DNA of 64,000 nucleotides from Alphaproteobacteria bacterium (GTDB lineage Bacteria; Pseudomonadota; Alphaproteobacteria; Rs-D84): NCBI GenBank assembly GCA_033345235.1, contig JAWPOC010000016.1:69026-133025 (forward strand), in the 5' to 3' direction. Below the pieces are notes generated by a model, which was not told the origin of the DNA, made no database searches, and was given only the letters and a program-made list of their open reading frames with translations. Position numbers and translations under genes: made by a program. Below, in pieces: positions 8,144 through 17,893 of the stretch (its first letter is position 1; every line of letters begins with the position of its first letter).

Positions 8144-10614
8144 AACTTGTCGTGTGTTTTAATGAATGCGCGCATATAGCCAATGTCCATATTTTGCATA
8201 ATGTCAGATAAAGAATAATTTCGAACGCCATTTGGCATAATGCTTAACGCGATTGTCACAGGTGTTGGCGCAGTTCCGCGCATGGTTAAGTCAAATTCAG
8301 CAGTCATTGTTCCGTCTGTCAGCGCCAAACCCCCAATCGCATCTGTGTGGCGCATTGATAAAGTTAAAGGTTTTGTTGTAATAAAATTGCCATTGGTATA
8401 TTCGCCAACAACGTGCATCTTTTTTATTTTTGTTTCGCCACCACCCAAAGTGCGCGCCAGTGCATATTCCGCAGTCAGTATAGATAAATCTTCGGCAGAT
8501 GCATAGAAATCATCAAATGACATACCAATCAGATAACCGCTGTTAAAGGTTATGTCTAAATCACCACTTAGGTTATAATATATATCATGGGCAATTTGGC
8601 CATGGGTGTGCAAGTGCGCTTCGGCTGTTATCATTGTATCGCGAATGTTTAAAGGCATATTTGACGATAATAATGTCCCGTTTATCAAGAACTTGTTTAA
8701 TTGTGCAAATATTTCATATGTGTTTTTATCTTTATCAATTGTTGCCAGTAAGTTACCGCGATAAGAATCTGTAATCGAAAATGTTTGTGAGTTTTCTTTT
8801 AATGAATATGTAAAGTTTTTATATTCATTGCCTTTGTATATCAATACATCAGAATACAAAGATATATTTATCGGCAGATTAAATAATGTCATTATTGGCG
8901 CGTTTTTCAAGAATTCCAGTTCAGAAAATCTGTTTACAAAATCTGGATTGATAAATTTATCCAGTGGTAATGTTTTTGTAAATAATGTTATGTTTTTTCC
9001 AGATGCAGAACCTGTAAATTCATGGTCTGATATTTTTATATTTAAATTTGATATTTTATCTTTGTTATAATGACCAGATATAACATATGGCGCATCATTT
9101 ACAAAATCAAGATCGATATTCGGTATCCATGTTTTAAAATTATCGCCAGAAATATAAAAATAATTATCAAGTGTTGCAAATGTCCATCTTTTGCTGTTCG
9201 GAACAAATGTTAACATATTGTCTTGCCATATAAAATTACCGGATTCAGATAACATATATTCAGGTAAAAATGGCAGTTTTATATTTAACCATTTCAAGGT
9301 TTTATTGTCTGCATAATCGTATGTCGGAATTATTTTGTTGCCGTTGATTTCCATTTTGCCACCGACGTTTGCGAACTTAAAGTGTATTGTTCCGTTGTCT
9401 CCAAACATAGATGTCAGTTTTAATATTTCTGAATCTGATAACATTTTTTTATTTGATTGAACGTATATACTAAAAGTTCTGTCGTTTACAGAAATTGTGC
9501 CGGTCATATCTGCGTATGTAAATTTACTGCATGTCCAATTGTCTGGTGTGCCAGAAAATAGGCATGTCGATTTATGTTTGTTAAAAGGCAATGTTAATAA
9601 CAAATTATTTGCGCCATCTTTTGTTATTGTGCCGCCTGTTATAGATATGTCATCCGCAATAACTTTGTTTATTTGAATCTGATTATTACTGCCAATGGCG
9701 TCAATTAATAAATGATGGAATTTATGATTTTGAAAACTGAGATTCCCATAAAAATCAATATTAATTTTTGTTCGATGTAATAAACTGGTTGGGTGTGCCA
9801 AGAATGAAAAATCAAATGTAATATCATCTGAAACTAATTGAATAATACGTTCTCCATTAGGTAACATTTCAATGTTGCCAGATATTGTATTTGTTTTCAA
9901 ATTTGTTATTTTATAACTGTCACCACCATCCCATTCGAAATCAGTCGTTAAATAAACAGTGTGGTCGATTTTTGGTTCTTTTATTCCCAGCCATTCATTG
10001 ATGTTTTTTGTTTTTACAGACATATTGCCGCGTATGCTGCCGTCTGTGTACATTTGACCTGTGATGTTCAAGTTGTTCGTTTTGTTTTTGATATTAAATG
10101 TGCTGCCTATGAACTCTACATCATATTTATGATTCTTGGTGCGAATGGTTCCATGAAATTGCCCGTTAGTAAAATCTGCGCGTACGATATAAAATTTACG
10201 CCCCATAAAATTAATCATACTGTTATATATTTCAATGTTGTGGTTGAACATTGCTGGTTCTAACTTGTTAATATTAATGTTCGCATCATATATAACCACA
10301 GCGTCATTTAATCGCGCGTTTTTTAAGTCAAAGAAATTATGAAATGGTATCGAAAACATAACAGAACCAATAGTGGCATTTGGTATATCAACATCGTGTG
10401 CAACAATTGTTGTGCCACCAATAAGACTGAAATGTATATCGCCTTGTAATTTTAATGGGACGCGTGTTTGCTCAAGTATAGACTGTTCAACAACGTTCTT
10501 GAAAGAATTTAATGTTATCATTGGTGGAATGATAATCACCGTCAGCACAATTGTGCAAATAATAGATACAATTGCCCAAAAAAATCTGCGTTTATACTTA
10601 GGTTTTAATGCCAT
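8140..10614 (-). CDS. AsmA-family outer membrane assembly protein
   Basis: N-terminal TM anchor (FFWAIVSIICTIVLTVIIIPP) followed by a long beta-rich periplasmic region, ~820 aa. Architecture is typical of AsmA/TamB-like proteins. Confidence 0.55.
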   Translation of the reverse strand: MALKPKYKRRFFWAIVSIICTIVLTVIIIPPMITLNSFKNVVEQSILEQTRVPLKLQGDIHFSLIGGTTIVAHDVDIPNATIGSVMFSIPFHNFFDLKNARLNDAVVIYDANININKLEPAMFNHNIEIYNSMINFMGRKFYIVRADFTNGQFHGTIRTKNHKYDVEFIGSTFNIKNKTNNLNITGQMYTDGSIRGNMSVKTKNINEWLGIKEPKIDHTVYLTTDFEWDGGDSYKITNLKTNTISGNIEMLPNGERIIQLVSDDITFDFSFLAHPTSLLHRTKINIDFYGNLSFQNHKFHHLLIDAIGSNNQIQINKVIADDISITGGTITKDGANNLLLTLPFNKHKSTCLFSGTPDNWTCSKFTYADMTGTISVNDRTFSIYVQSNKKMLSDSEILKLTSMFGDNGTIHFKFANVGGKMEINGNKIIPTYDYADNKTLKWLNIKLPFLPEYMLSESGNFIWQDNMLTFVPNSKRWTFATLDNYFYISGDNFKTWIPNIDLDFVNDAPYVISGHYNKDKISNLNIKISDHEFTGSASGKNITLFTKTLPLDKFINPDFVNRFSELEFLKNAPIMTLFNLPINISLYSDVLIYKGNEYKNFTYSLKENSQTFSITDSYRGNLLATIDKDKNTYEIFAQLNKFLINGTLLSSNMPLNIRDTMITAEAHLHTHGQIAHDIYYNLSGDLDITFNSGYLIGMSFDDFYASAEDLSILTAEYALARTLGGGETKIKKMHVVGEYTNGNFITTKPLTLSMRHTDAIGGLALTDGTMTAEFDLTMRGTAPTPVTIALSIMPNGVRNYSLSDIMQNMDIGYMRAFIKTHDKF

Positions 10615-10660
10615 TCTCTCTTTCCTTGTATTTTTATTATAATGGATTACAATCAAGGTT

Positions 10661-12664
10661 GTGAACAAAAAAATGAAACAGGCAGAATTTATTCTTGAAA
10701 GTAACTATGAACCAATGGGCGATCAACCGACCGCTATATCTGAATTGGTGTCAGGTTTAAAACAAGGACAGCAAAATCAAGTTTTGCTGGGGGTGACCGG
10801 TTCTGGAAAGACTTTTACAATGGCAAATGTCATAAAAGAAATGGGACGGCCTGCGCTGATTATGGCACCAAATAAAATATTGGCGGCTCAGTTATATACA
10901 GAAATGAAGTCTTTTTTTCCGCATAATCACGTTGAATATTTTGTTTCTTATTATGATTATTATCAGCCAGAGGCTTATCTGCCGACAACAGATACTTATA
11001 TCGATAAAGATGCGTCAATAAATGAACAGCTGGATCGTATGCGGCACAGTGCAACACGTGCAATGCTGGAAGAACGTGACGTTGTTGTTGTGTCCAGCGT
11101 GTCCGCAATTTATGGTATGGGGTCGCCAGAACAGTACGCAGGTATGCGACTGGTTTTAAATACAGGTAATAATATTTCTATGCGTGATGTAATTCGCGCT
11201 TTGGTTGATATTCAATATAAAAGAAATGATACTGCATTTGCACGTGGTGAATTTCGTGTGCGCGGTGATGTGTTGGATGTTTTTCCATCGCACGCAATGG
11301 ACAGAGCGTGGAAAATTTCTTTTTGGGGTGATGAAATCGAAGAAATTTGGGAATTTGATACTTTGACTGGTGCAAAACTTAAAAAAATAGACAGAATCGC
11401 AATATATCCAAATACTCATTATGCAACACCAATGCCCAGTGTTCTGCAGGCTATTACACAAATAAGACAAGATTTAACAGAAAGGTTGGATTTCTTTCAC
11501 CAAAATATGAAATATATCGAAGAACAGCGTTTGCGTGAAAGGGTGAACTTTGATATTGAAATGATGGAAAGTACAGGTACATGTCGTGGGGTCGAAAATT
11601 ATTCGCGATATTTATCTGGACGTGCACCAGGACAACCACCACCGACTTTGTTCGAATATTTACCAAAAGACGCAATTCTTTTTATTGATGAAAGTCATGT
11701 GACTGTGCCGCAAATCGGTGCTATGAGTCGCGGTGACAGGGCACGTAAAGAAACTTTGTCTCAGTATGGTTTTAGATTGCCCGCGTGTATTGATAACAGG
11801 CCTTTGACATTTGATGAATGGGATATGTTGCGACCCCAGACTATATTCGTATCCGCAACACCCGCAGAATGGGAATTAAACCAAGCAAACGGTATCGTAT
11901 CTGAACAAGTTATCAGACCAACAGGATTATTAGACCCTGTGTGTGAAGTCAGACCAACACAATACCAAGTCGATGATTTGTTGGAACAAGTTAAAAAGGT
12001 TAATGGACGGGTCTTGGTTACAACGCTTACTAAAAAAATGGCCGAACAATTAACAGATTATTTTGTGGAAAATGGTGTTCGTGCAAAATATCTACACAGT
12101 GATATTGAAACGCTGGAACGTATCGAATTGTTGCGTGATTTAAGATTGGGTAAGTTCGATGTATTGGTTGGGATAAATTTACTGCGTGAAGGACTGGATG
12201 TACCAGAATGCGAATTGGTCGCAATTATGGATGCAGATAAAGAAGGATTCTTGCGGTCGGCGCGGTCACTGATTCAAACAATTGGACGTGCCGCGCGTAA
12301 TGCCAATGGGCGTGTTATACTGTATGCAGATAAAGTCACAGATTCTATGCAACAGGCATTAACAGAAACCGCCAGACGACGCGATAAACAAATGAAATAT
12401 AATCAAACGCATAATATTATACCGAAAACTGTGACCAAGGCAATTTTTGCCGAAGTAGGTGATGCACAAGAAAAAACTGATGGCACACGACGCTTTATTT
12501 ATGATAAGTTGGGTGGTGTAATGGATGCAGAATCAATTCGAAAAGAAATTAAAAAACTAACCCAGAAAATGAAGAAGTATGCAGAAGATTTAGAATTTGA
12601 AGAAGCTGCGCGTCTGCGCGATGATATTCATAAACTGGAAGATGATTTGTTATTAGTGGAGTAG
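10661..12664 (+). CDS. uvrB: excinuclease ABC subunit B
   Basis: GDQPTAI, Walker A GVTGSGKT, helicase motifs, and a C-terminal UvrC-interaction coiled-coil. Confidence 0.95.
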   Translation: MNKKMKQAEFILESNYEPMGDQPTAISELVSGLKQGQQNQVLLGVTGSGKTFTMANVIKEMGRPALIMAPNKILAAQLYTEMKSFFPHNHVEYFVSYYDYYQPEAYLPTTDTYIDKDASINEQLDRMRHSATRAMLEERDVVVVSSVSAIYGMGSPEQYAGMRLVLNTGNNISMRDVIRALVDIQYKRNDTAFARGEFRVRGDVLDVFPSHAMDRAWKISFWGDEIEEIWEFDTLTGAKLKKIDRIAIYPNTHYATPMPSVLQAITQIRQDLTERLDFFHQNMKYIEEQRLRERVNFDIEMMESTGTCRGVENYSRYLSGRAPGQPPPTLFEYLPKDAILFIDESHVTVPQIGAMSRGDRARKETLSQYGFRLPACIDNRPLTFDEWDMLRPQTIFVSATPAEWELNQANGIVSEQVIRPTGLLDPVCEVRPTQYQVDDLLEQVKKVNGRVLVTTLTKKMAEQLTDYFVENGVRAKYLHSDIETLERIELLRDLRLGKFDVLVGINLLREGLDVPECELVAIMDADKEGFLRSARSLIQTIGRAARNANGRVILYADKVTDSMQQALTETARRRDKQMKYNQTHNIIPKTVTKAIFAEVGDAQEKTDGTRRFIYDKLGGVMDAESIRKEIKKLTQKMKKYAEDLEFEEAARLRDDIHKLEDDLLLVE

Positions 12665-12669
12665 GGCAA

Positions 12670-13080
12670 ATGCAAGAATTTATTTTAAATAATGTTGATG
12701 AAATGCGCGCTTGGGCGTCTGAATTCGCACGCAGTTTAGTCGCGCCAGCTGTTGTCGCATTACATGGTGATTTGGGAATGGGAAAGTCTGAAATCGCGCG
12801 GGCAATAATAAAGACTCTTCGTGGGGCGGATACTGTTGTCCCCAGCCCAACGTTTACAATTGTTCAATCGTATGACGGAATCTCTCATTTCGATTTGTAT
12901 CGTATAGAAGATGTCTCAGAACTGGCGGAAATTGGTTTGCAGCACGCAATTGATAACGATATAACATTAATTGAGTGGCCTGATATCGCGTCAAACGTTT
13001 TGCCAGAAAATACAATACATATAAGTATCGTTCAATATGGTAATGGACGTAAAATAACGCTGAACACAAAACAGGAATAA
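12670..13080 (+). CDS. tsaE: tRNA threonylcarbamoyladenosine biosynthesis protein TsaE
   Basis: P-loop LHGDLGMGKSEIARAI and the YjeE-family size. Confidence 0.8.
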   Translation: MQEFILNNVDEMRAWASEFARSLVAPAVVALHGDLGMGKSEIARAIIKTLRGADTVVPSPTFTIVQSYDGISHFDLYRIEDVSELAEIGLQHAIDNDITLIEWPDIASNVLPENTIHISIVQYGNGRKITLNTKQE

Positions 13081-13124
13081 ATACGTATAGAATTTATTTG
13101 TTTTTTGCATATAATATGGGTATG

Positions 13125-13222
13125 CGACTTTGCATTGATAAGCGGACTTATACAAGACCCGAACCCACATCCCTAAGGTGCATAGTTTGCAAATTAAAAG
13201 ACGCCATTTTGGCGTTTTTTAA
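13125..13222 (+). ncRNA. candidate small RNA carrying a conserved 21-nt motif (CCCGAACCCACATCCCTAAGG)
   Basis: Possible TGnTATAAT-like promoter at 13106-13115. Hairpin terminator GACGCCATTTTGGCGTTTTTT at 13192-13222. The same 21-nt motif occurs at 4087-4108. Confidence 0.2.
13192..13222. terminator. bidirectional terminator between convergent tsaE and ftsA-rpe
   Basis: AAAAGACGCCATTTTGGCGTTTTTTAATTTT. Confidence 0.6.
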
Positions 13223-15003
13223 TTTTGTGTGTTTTGATGTGGTAACAGACTTTGAACAGCCAATGGAAAATCGTGCGCGCGTGCTAAATATGAACCGCAT
13301 ACCAACATATCTGCACCTGCATCCCAACAAAGCTGCGCAGTTTTATCGTTTATACCACCATCTACAGATATTGTATATTTTAAATTGTATTTTTTACGCG
13401 TGGCATTTAATACAGATATTTTATGCAATGCATCAGGATTAAACGCTTGGCCTGCTGCACCGGGGGTAACAGACATTACCATCACTTCATCAATTTCACG
13501 TAATATGCTTTTTAATATCGATATAGATGATTCTGGGTGCAAGGCAATTCCAACGCGCTTGCCAGATGAATGAACAGTGCGTATCGCAGCGCGCAGACCA
13601 GATGTGTTCGTTGATAAAATAACTGTGTCTGCACCTGAGTTAATCGCATCTTTGGCCCAAATGTTCGGGCTTTCTGTCATTAAATGTACGTGCAAGTGCG
13701 AATTTGTGTGTTGCCGTATAGTTCGTAATTCTTCGATGCTGCCAGATATTCTATCAACATAAAAGCCATCCATAATATCAACGTGTATCATTGATATGTC
13801 GCCAGACTTGAATAGCGTATATGTTTCTGGACGTAACATATTAAAGCATAATGTGCTGGGTAATATAGGTATGAATTTTTTACGGGCTTTCTTTTTTTTG
13901 CGACGGATTTTTGGAAATATATTTAAAAGCGACGCGATTTTCTTTTGTCTGGAAATAAAAGTTTGACGATGTGCCTGCTCATTCATCCAGATGTAATCAG
14001 ATAACGCACGTACAGTTGTGTCAATCGGCATAGTTTCTGTTGTAACAGCAAATGCATTTTCAATAAAGTCACGAACTCCCTCGATTTCTGCGCCACCGCC
14101 AGTCAGGATTATTTTTGTCGGTCTGTATTTTTTAAAGCTGGATTCACATTGGTCTTTGATTTGACTGATTATATCAACCATAATCGGGACAAGTGTTTCG
14201 TTTATATCAGAACGTGAAAAATCATATGCAGTGTCTGCAGGGGTAAATCTGTCCATTTCTTTTGGTATCAAAGATGAAACAGATTTTTTTATTCTTTCGG
14301 CATCTTCAAAACTTAAATCAAATTTTGTGCGGATTTCATTTGTTATATCTGTGCCGCCAGAATTTATTTTCGTGTGCATCACAGGACCACGATCTGTCCA
14401 TATCGATACAGATGTATAGCGTGCACCAAAGTCTATAAACATGGTCGTTTGTTTTTGATGTCTTAGTGATGCATTCAGTATAAAGTGCGGATCATAAAAG
14501 GCATCTGCTTGAATGTGTGCGCCGCGCAAATGTTCATGAATTTTATCCAGACCTGTACCAGAATAGCATATCGCACTGAATACAGATATTAACTGATGAT
14601 CAATAAGACCAGATGGATTTACAATATTGCGAGCATTCGGTGTGTCGTATCGCAGCGGTATTATATGCATCGGAAAATAATTTTCTGGAATATTAATACG
14701 AGATATCTGATTGCGTATGTCATTGGTCGTAATTTTATGTTCCCCAGACCAAACGGTATTCTTGGCGTTCATACTGAACTGAGATGGGCCAAAATCCCCA
14801 GTGATATATGCACTGTCAAAATGGGCGCCAATTTGTTGTTCCAGTTCATCGATAACTGTTTTTATCGCAAAAACCGTATCATAGCTGTCTGATGTAAAAT
14901 ATGCGGATTTTTCAATGTTTGCGTCTTTGATACGATGCGCAATACCGCGCACGCCACTGGTGCCAATATCCAGACATAAAAAAGATGAAACAAACAAGTT
15001 CAT
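13219..15003 (-). CDS. ftsA: FtsA fused in frame to ribulose-phosphate 3-epimerase (single 594-aa ORF)
   Basis: N-terminal actin-like FtsA (DIGTSGVRG, ...ILTGGGAEIEG, amphipathic KKIASLLNIFPKIRRKK). After the KKKKARKK linker comes full Rpe (FIPILPSTL…IHVDIMDGFYV…HLMTESP…VMSVTPGAAGQAF…ISVDGGIN). No stop codon or ATG separates them. An A8 run lies at 13891-13898. Confidence 0.7.
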   Translation of the reverse strand: MNLFVSSFLCLDIGTSGVRGIAHRIKDANIEKSAYFTSDSYDTVFAIKTVIDELEQQIGAHFDSAYITGDFGPSQFSMNAKNTVWSGEHKITTNDIRNQISRINIPENYFPMHIIPLRYDTPNARNIVNPSGLIDHQLISVFSAICYSGTGLDKIHEHLRGAHIQADAFYDPHFILNASLRHQKQTTMFIDFGARYTSVSIWTDRGPVMHTKINSGGTDITNEIRTKFDLSFEDAERIKKSVSSLIPKEMDRFTPADTAYDFSRSDINETLVPIMVDIISQIKDQCESSFKKYRPTKIILTGGGAEIEGVRDFIENAFAVTTETMPIDTTVRALSDYIWMNEQAHRQTFISRQKKIASLLNIFPKIRRKKKKARKKFIPILPSTLCFNMLRPETYTLFKSGDISMIHVDIMDGFYVDRISGSIEELRTIRQHTNSHLHVHLMTESPNIWAKDAINSGADTVILSTNTSGLRAAIRTVHSSGKRVGIALHPESSISILKSILREIDEVMVMSVTPGAAGQAFNPDALHKISVLNATRKKYNLKYTISVDGGINDKTAQLCWDAGADMLVCGSYLARAHDFPLAVQSLLPHQNTQN

Positions 15004-15012
15004 ATTCTGTAT

Positions 15013-15693
15013 TTATTCGATTAATATACGCGCACTGTCACGCATATCAATTGTCTTTATATCTTTGTTTAAAAGATTGTGTTTGTTATTTAAATCAACC
15101 AATGTGTTTACAGCCACAGATGGATTTTGTTCCGGTAACATAATTCTTATTCCGTTGTTCGTATACATATCCCAACGACGGTTTTCAATCCATTCCAAAT
15201 GATTTAAGTGACCAACTAAATTATGTGCTATTTTAGTTATTTCAGAAATATCAGATGGTAATTTCCCGCTGAATACAACGTTGCCAATGTTACGTGTTTC
15301 GGTCGGCTTGTTAACAATCGTGCCATCTGCAGATAATGGATAATAATTTTCCCCATCTGTCCATAATGCCACCGCTTGATATAAAGATACTGTTACAGAA
15401 ATATTCCCATTTGGCATTCTGCGTACAGCGGATTTCTTTATCCCAGGGACATTACTAATACGGGTGTTTATTTCTTCTAAATCAACCAGATATGAATTTG
15501 TGCCAGATGTAATGTTTATCGCAGAAACTAGTCCTGATAAATCTTTGTTTTCTTGGTCGGCCGATATAGATATATTACGAACAAGGGATGATGGTGAATG
15601 GCCAAAGCCTGTTGTTATTATGCGCACAGAAAAATAAATCGCCAGGCACATAGCGATAATAAAACTTAGCCAAAACCATATAGAACGTCTCAT
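15013..15693 (-). CDS. ftsQ: cell division protein FtsQ
   Basis: N-terminal TM plus POTRA-like domain. It sits immediately upstream of ftsA as in dcw clusters. Confidence 0.65.
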   Translation of the reverse strand: MRRSIWFWLSFIIAMCLAIYFSVRIITTGFGHSPSSLVRNISISADQENKDLSGLVSAINITSGTNSYLVDLEEINTRISNVPGIKKSAVRRMPNGNISVTVSLYQAVALWTDGENYYPLSADGTIVNKPTETRNIGNVVFSGKLPSDISEITKIAHNLVGHLNHLEWIENRRWDMYTNNGIRIMLPEQNPSVAVNTLVDLNNKHNLLNKDIKTIDMRDSARILIE

Positions 15694-15732
15694 GAATGCT
15701 ATTATATCATATTTTCATGCGTTACGCAAAAA

Positions 15733-16113
15733 TTACATTGCACGTAATAAATAGCCGCGTCTGAACATACATTTACGGTATGCGCCAACAGATTTTGATG
15801 TCGTATTTCGTGGAACAGACATCAAACTGCGCTGGCCAACGTCGCGATATTCATTAGATTGAAATGTTACCCATAAACCGTCCCAGTCGGGCATCATATC
15901 ATTTTGGTTCGGTAATAATAATTTCGCAATCCGAGAACGTGGTTGATATGGATTCCTGTTGATGCCCAGACAAGCCTTGTGGTCACGAACAAATTGTTCT
16001 GTGGTAACCGCTTCGTTTTCCCAGTTCAGCACAGTCGCGTCATCTATGTTGCCATTGTTGACGGATGCGCACGCGGAAAGTAATAAAAAAAGAGGTAAAA
16101 TTCTTATTCTCAT
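15733..16113 (-). CDS. hypothetical lipoprotein
   Basis: Lipobox LLLSAC. Confidence 0.4.
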   Translation of the reverse strand: MRIRILPLFLLLSACASVNNGNIDDATVLNWENEAVTTEQFVRDHKACLGINRNPYQPRSRIAKLLLPNQNDMMPDWDGLWVTFQSNEYRDVGQRSLMSVPRNTTSKSVGAYRKCMFRRGYLLRAM

Positions 16114-16188
16114 GTTTTATATTATAATTTAATTGCCTTTTGGTGGCAATAGTTTTTATAATGCAAAAAAGAGAGAAAGGATTTTTTT

Positions 16189-16512
16189 ATGGCGCTTAGT
16201 GTCCAAAAATTTATAAAACTGGCAAATTATTATAATCAAACTGTGATGTTGATGTCTGCAATATGTGTGCAAAAAGGTGGAATCGCAATCGAAAATTATG
16301 TCGGGCGTTTCTTTGCTGCAGATGTCTTGCAATACGTTGTCGAATACGGCAGACGTTTAATCGCGCAAAATAAAGGAATGACGCCAGAACTTGTTGCATT
16401 GTTAGACAAATTTGTTGCACAATACGAACGTGTCAAGGATTTGACAACACCATCACAAAAACCAATACACGAAATGTCGTTGGAAGAATTTGAAAAAGTT
16501 ATGAATATTTAA
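16189..16512 (+). CDS. hypothetical protein
   Basis: ORF only. Confidence 0.3.
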   Translation: MALSVQKFIKLANYYNQTVMLMSAICVQKGGIAIENYVGRFFAADVLQYVVEYGRRLIAQNKGMTPELVALLDKFVAQYERVKDLTTPSQKPIHEMSLEEFEKVMNI

Positions 16513-16545
16513 TAAGATGTCATAACGCGGACAAGGAGATTTAAT

Positions 16546-17877
16546 ATGAATTTGTTGAAAAAAAGTCTTTTTACCCTGATGGGTGGAATAATAATGTTGG
16601 GGTGTGCACAACAACAAAATCAACAAAATATGCCTTTGTATGATACTGTTACAGTTGTTGATCAATTGGTAATTGATGATAATTCTGTGCCTATCTTTCC
16701 GAAAAAAGCGGCACTGACAACTGATACTGCCAGACGTTTTTCAATCGAATTGCCAAAACGATGTGAAGTAAATTGGGATAATCAAACAGTTGTGTCTGTA
16801 GTGCCCGAAGAAACTATTGAAATTGTCAGATTGAACAAAGGGGATGCGTTGCCGGAATTGCAAGTCGCTGATTATGATTTTACAGAACTGACTGTTAAAC
16901 AGGCGTTGGATAAATTGTTAATCGGAACAGATATCGCGGTAATCGAAGATGAACCTGTTTATGAAAAAATCTCTGGAACAATATCTGCAGGTAAATTGTC
17001 TGATGCAGTGGATTTAATGACAAAAATGGGGCGTGCATATTATCACTATGATGCGGAAAATGGTGAGTTAAGATTGGCACATTATGGAAAATGGTTGATA
17101 AAAATGCCATATAACCAGACTATTATTATGGCGTTATTAGATGCAATGCATGGTGCAGATGTTCGTAACTTGTTGGTAAATTGGCAAGATAAAACAATCG
17201 TGTTCGAAGGTAATTATCAAACAGAACGAGAAGTAGCAAAAATTATCGCAGATGTATCTGATAAGAAATATATGCTGGCCTGGGATATAGATGTTTATCG
17301 TGTGTATCCACGTACAGATAATCCAATCGTATGGATGAATTTGTTACCCGCGTTCGGAGATAGAAATATAAAAATGTCAATACCTGGGGTTGTTGGACGT
17401 GCGCTGGTTGTGGGACCAGAAATAAACACCAAGACATTGCAAGAATTTTTGGCTCAACAAGCAAATGTTGTTCTGATATCCCAAGGAACTTTTGCGATAC
17501 CAAATGGTTGGCAATCCAGATTTGATATCGGACAATGCAGTAAGGAAGAAAGGTTGGAAACAGATTTAATTATTGGTGCAACTGGTACATATGGGGATTT
17601 CGGTGGTATGGATAAAATAGATGCCAAAATAGTCTTGAGAACAAGCAATGGCGAACTGTCTTCGTTTAATATACCAACCAGCATAGGTGATAACTATGTT
17701 ATTGTCGGTATCCCAACGCATTCATTTGTTACAACGCCTGAAACATTAGTGTCACCATTTGCAGAATTGGTTGTGTTTATGTCGCCTCGTGTGATTTCAA
17801 TTGTTAAACCAGATGCAGATAATGCAGATGATGATTTGTTAATCGGGGATGCGTTGCGTGATTTCTTGAATGAATAA
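16546..17877 (+). CDS. hypothetical lipoprotein (443 aa), co-oriented with and overlapping lolC/E
   Basis: Lipobox IMLGCAQ. The C-terminus …LVVFMSPRVISI is weakly secretin-like. Confidence 0.45.
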   Translation: MNLLKKSLFTLMGGIIMLGCAQQQNQQNMPLYDTVTVVDQLVIDDNSVPIFPKKAALTTDTARRFSIELPKRCEVNWDNQTVVSVVPEETIEIVRLNKGDALPELQVADYDFTELTVKQALDKLLIGTDIAVIEDEPVYEKISGTISAGKLSDAVDLMTKMGRAYYHYDAENGELRLAHYGKWLIKMPYNQTIIMALLDAMHGADVRNLLVNWQDKTIVFEGNYQTEREVAKIIADVSDKKYMLAWDIDVYRVYPRTDNPIVWMNLLPAFGDRNIKMSIPGVVGRALVVGPEINTKTLQEFLAQQANVVLISQGTFAIPNGWQSRFDIGQCSKEERLETDLIIGATGTYGDFGGMDKIDAKIVLRTSNGELSSFNIPTSIGDNYVIVGIPTHSFVTTPETLVSPFAELVVFMSPRVISIVKPDADNADDDLLIGDALRDFLNE

Positions 17878-17893
17878 ACAAGGTAAAATAATA

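Noticed and set aside
8240-10642. Several 80-100-aa ORFs antisense to the AsmA-like gene, plus similar antisense ORFs inside aspS, uvrB, typA, ftsK and others.
   Set aside because: They lie fully inside long well-supported genes on the opposite strand and have no start context. They are typical AT-rich frame noise.
13098-13442. 114-aa ORF on the plus strand after tsaE.
   Set aside because: It starts before and runs through a strong terminator, then continues antisense into the rpe coding region. It is spurious.
16546-17877. Lipoprotein considered as a secretin (GspD/PilQ/CpaC).
   Set aside because: Only the last ~12 residues resemble a secretin C-terminus. The conserved secretin-domain motifs (GG…VPLLGDIP) are absent.
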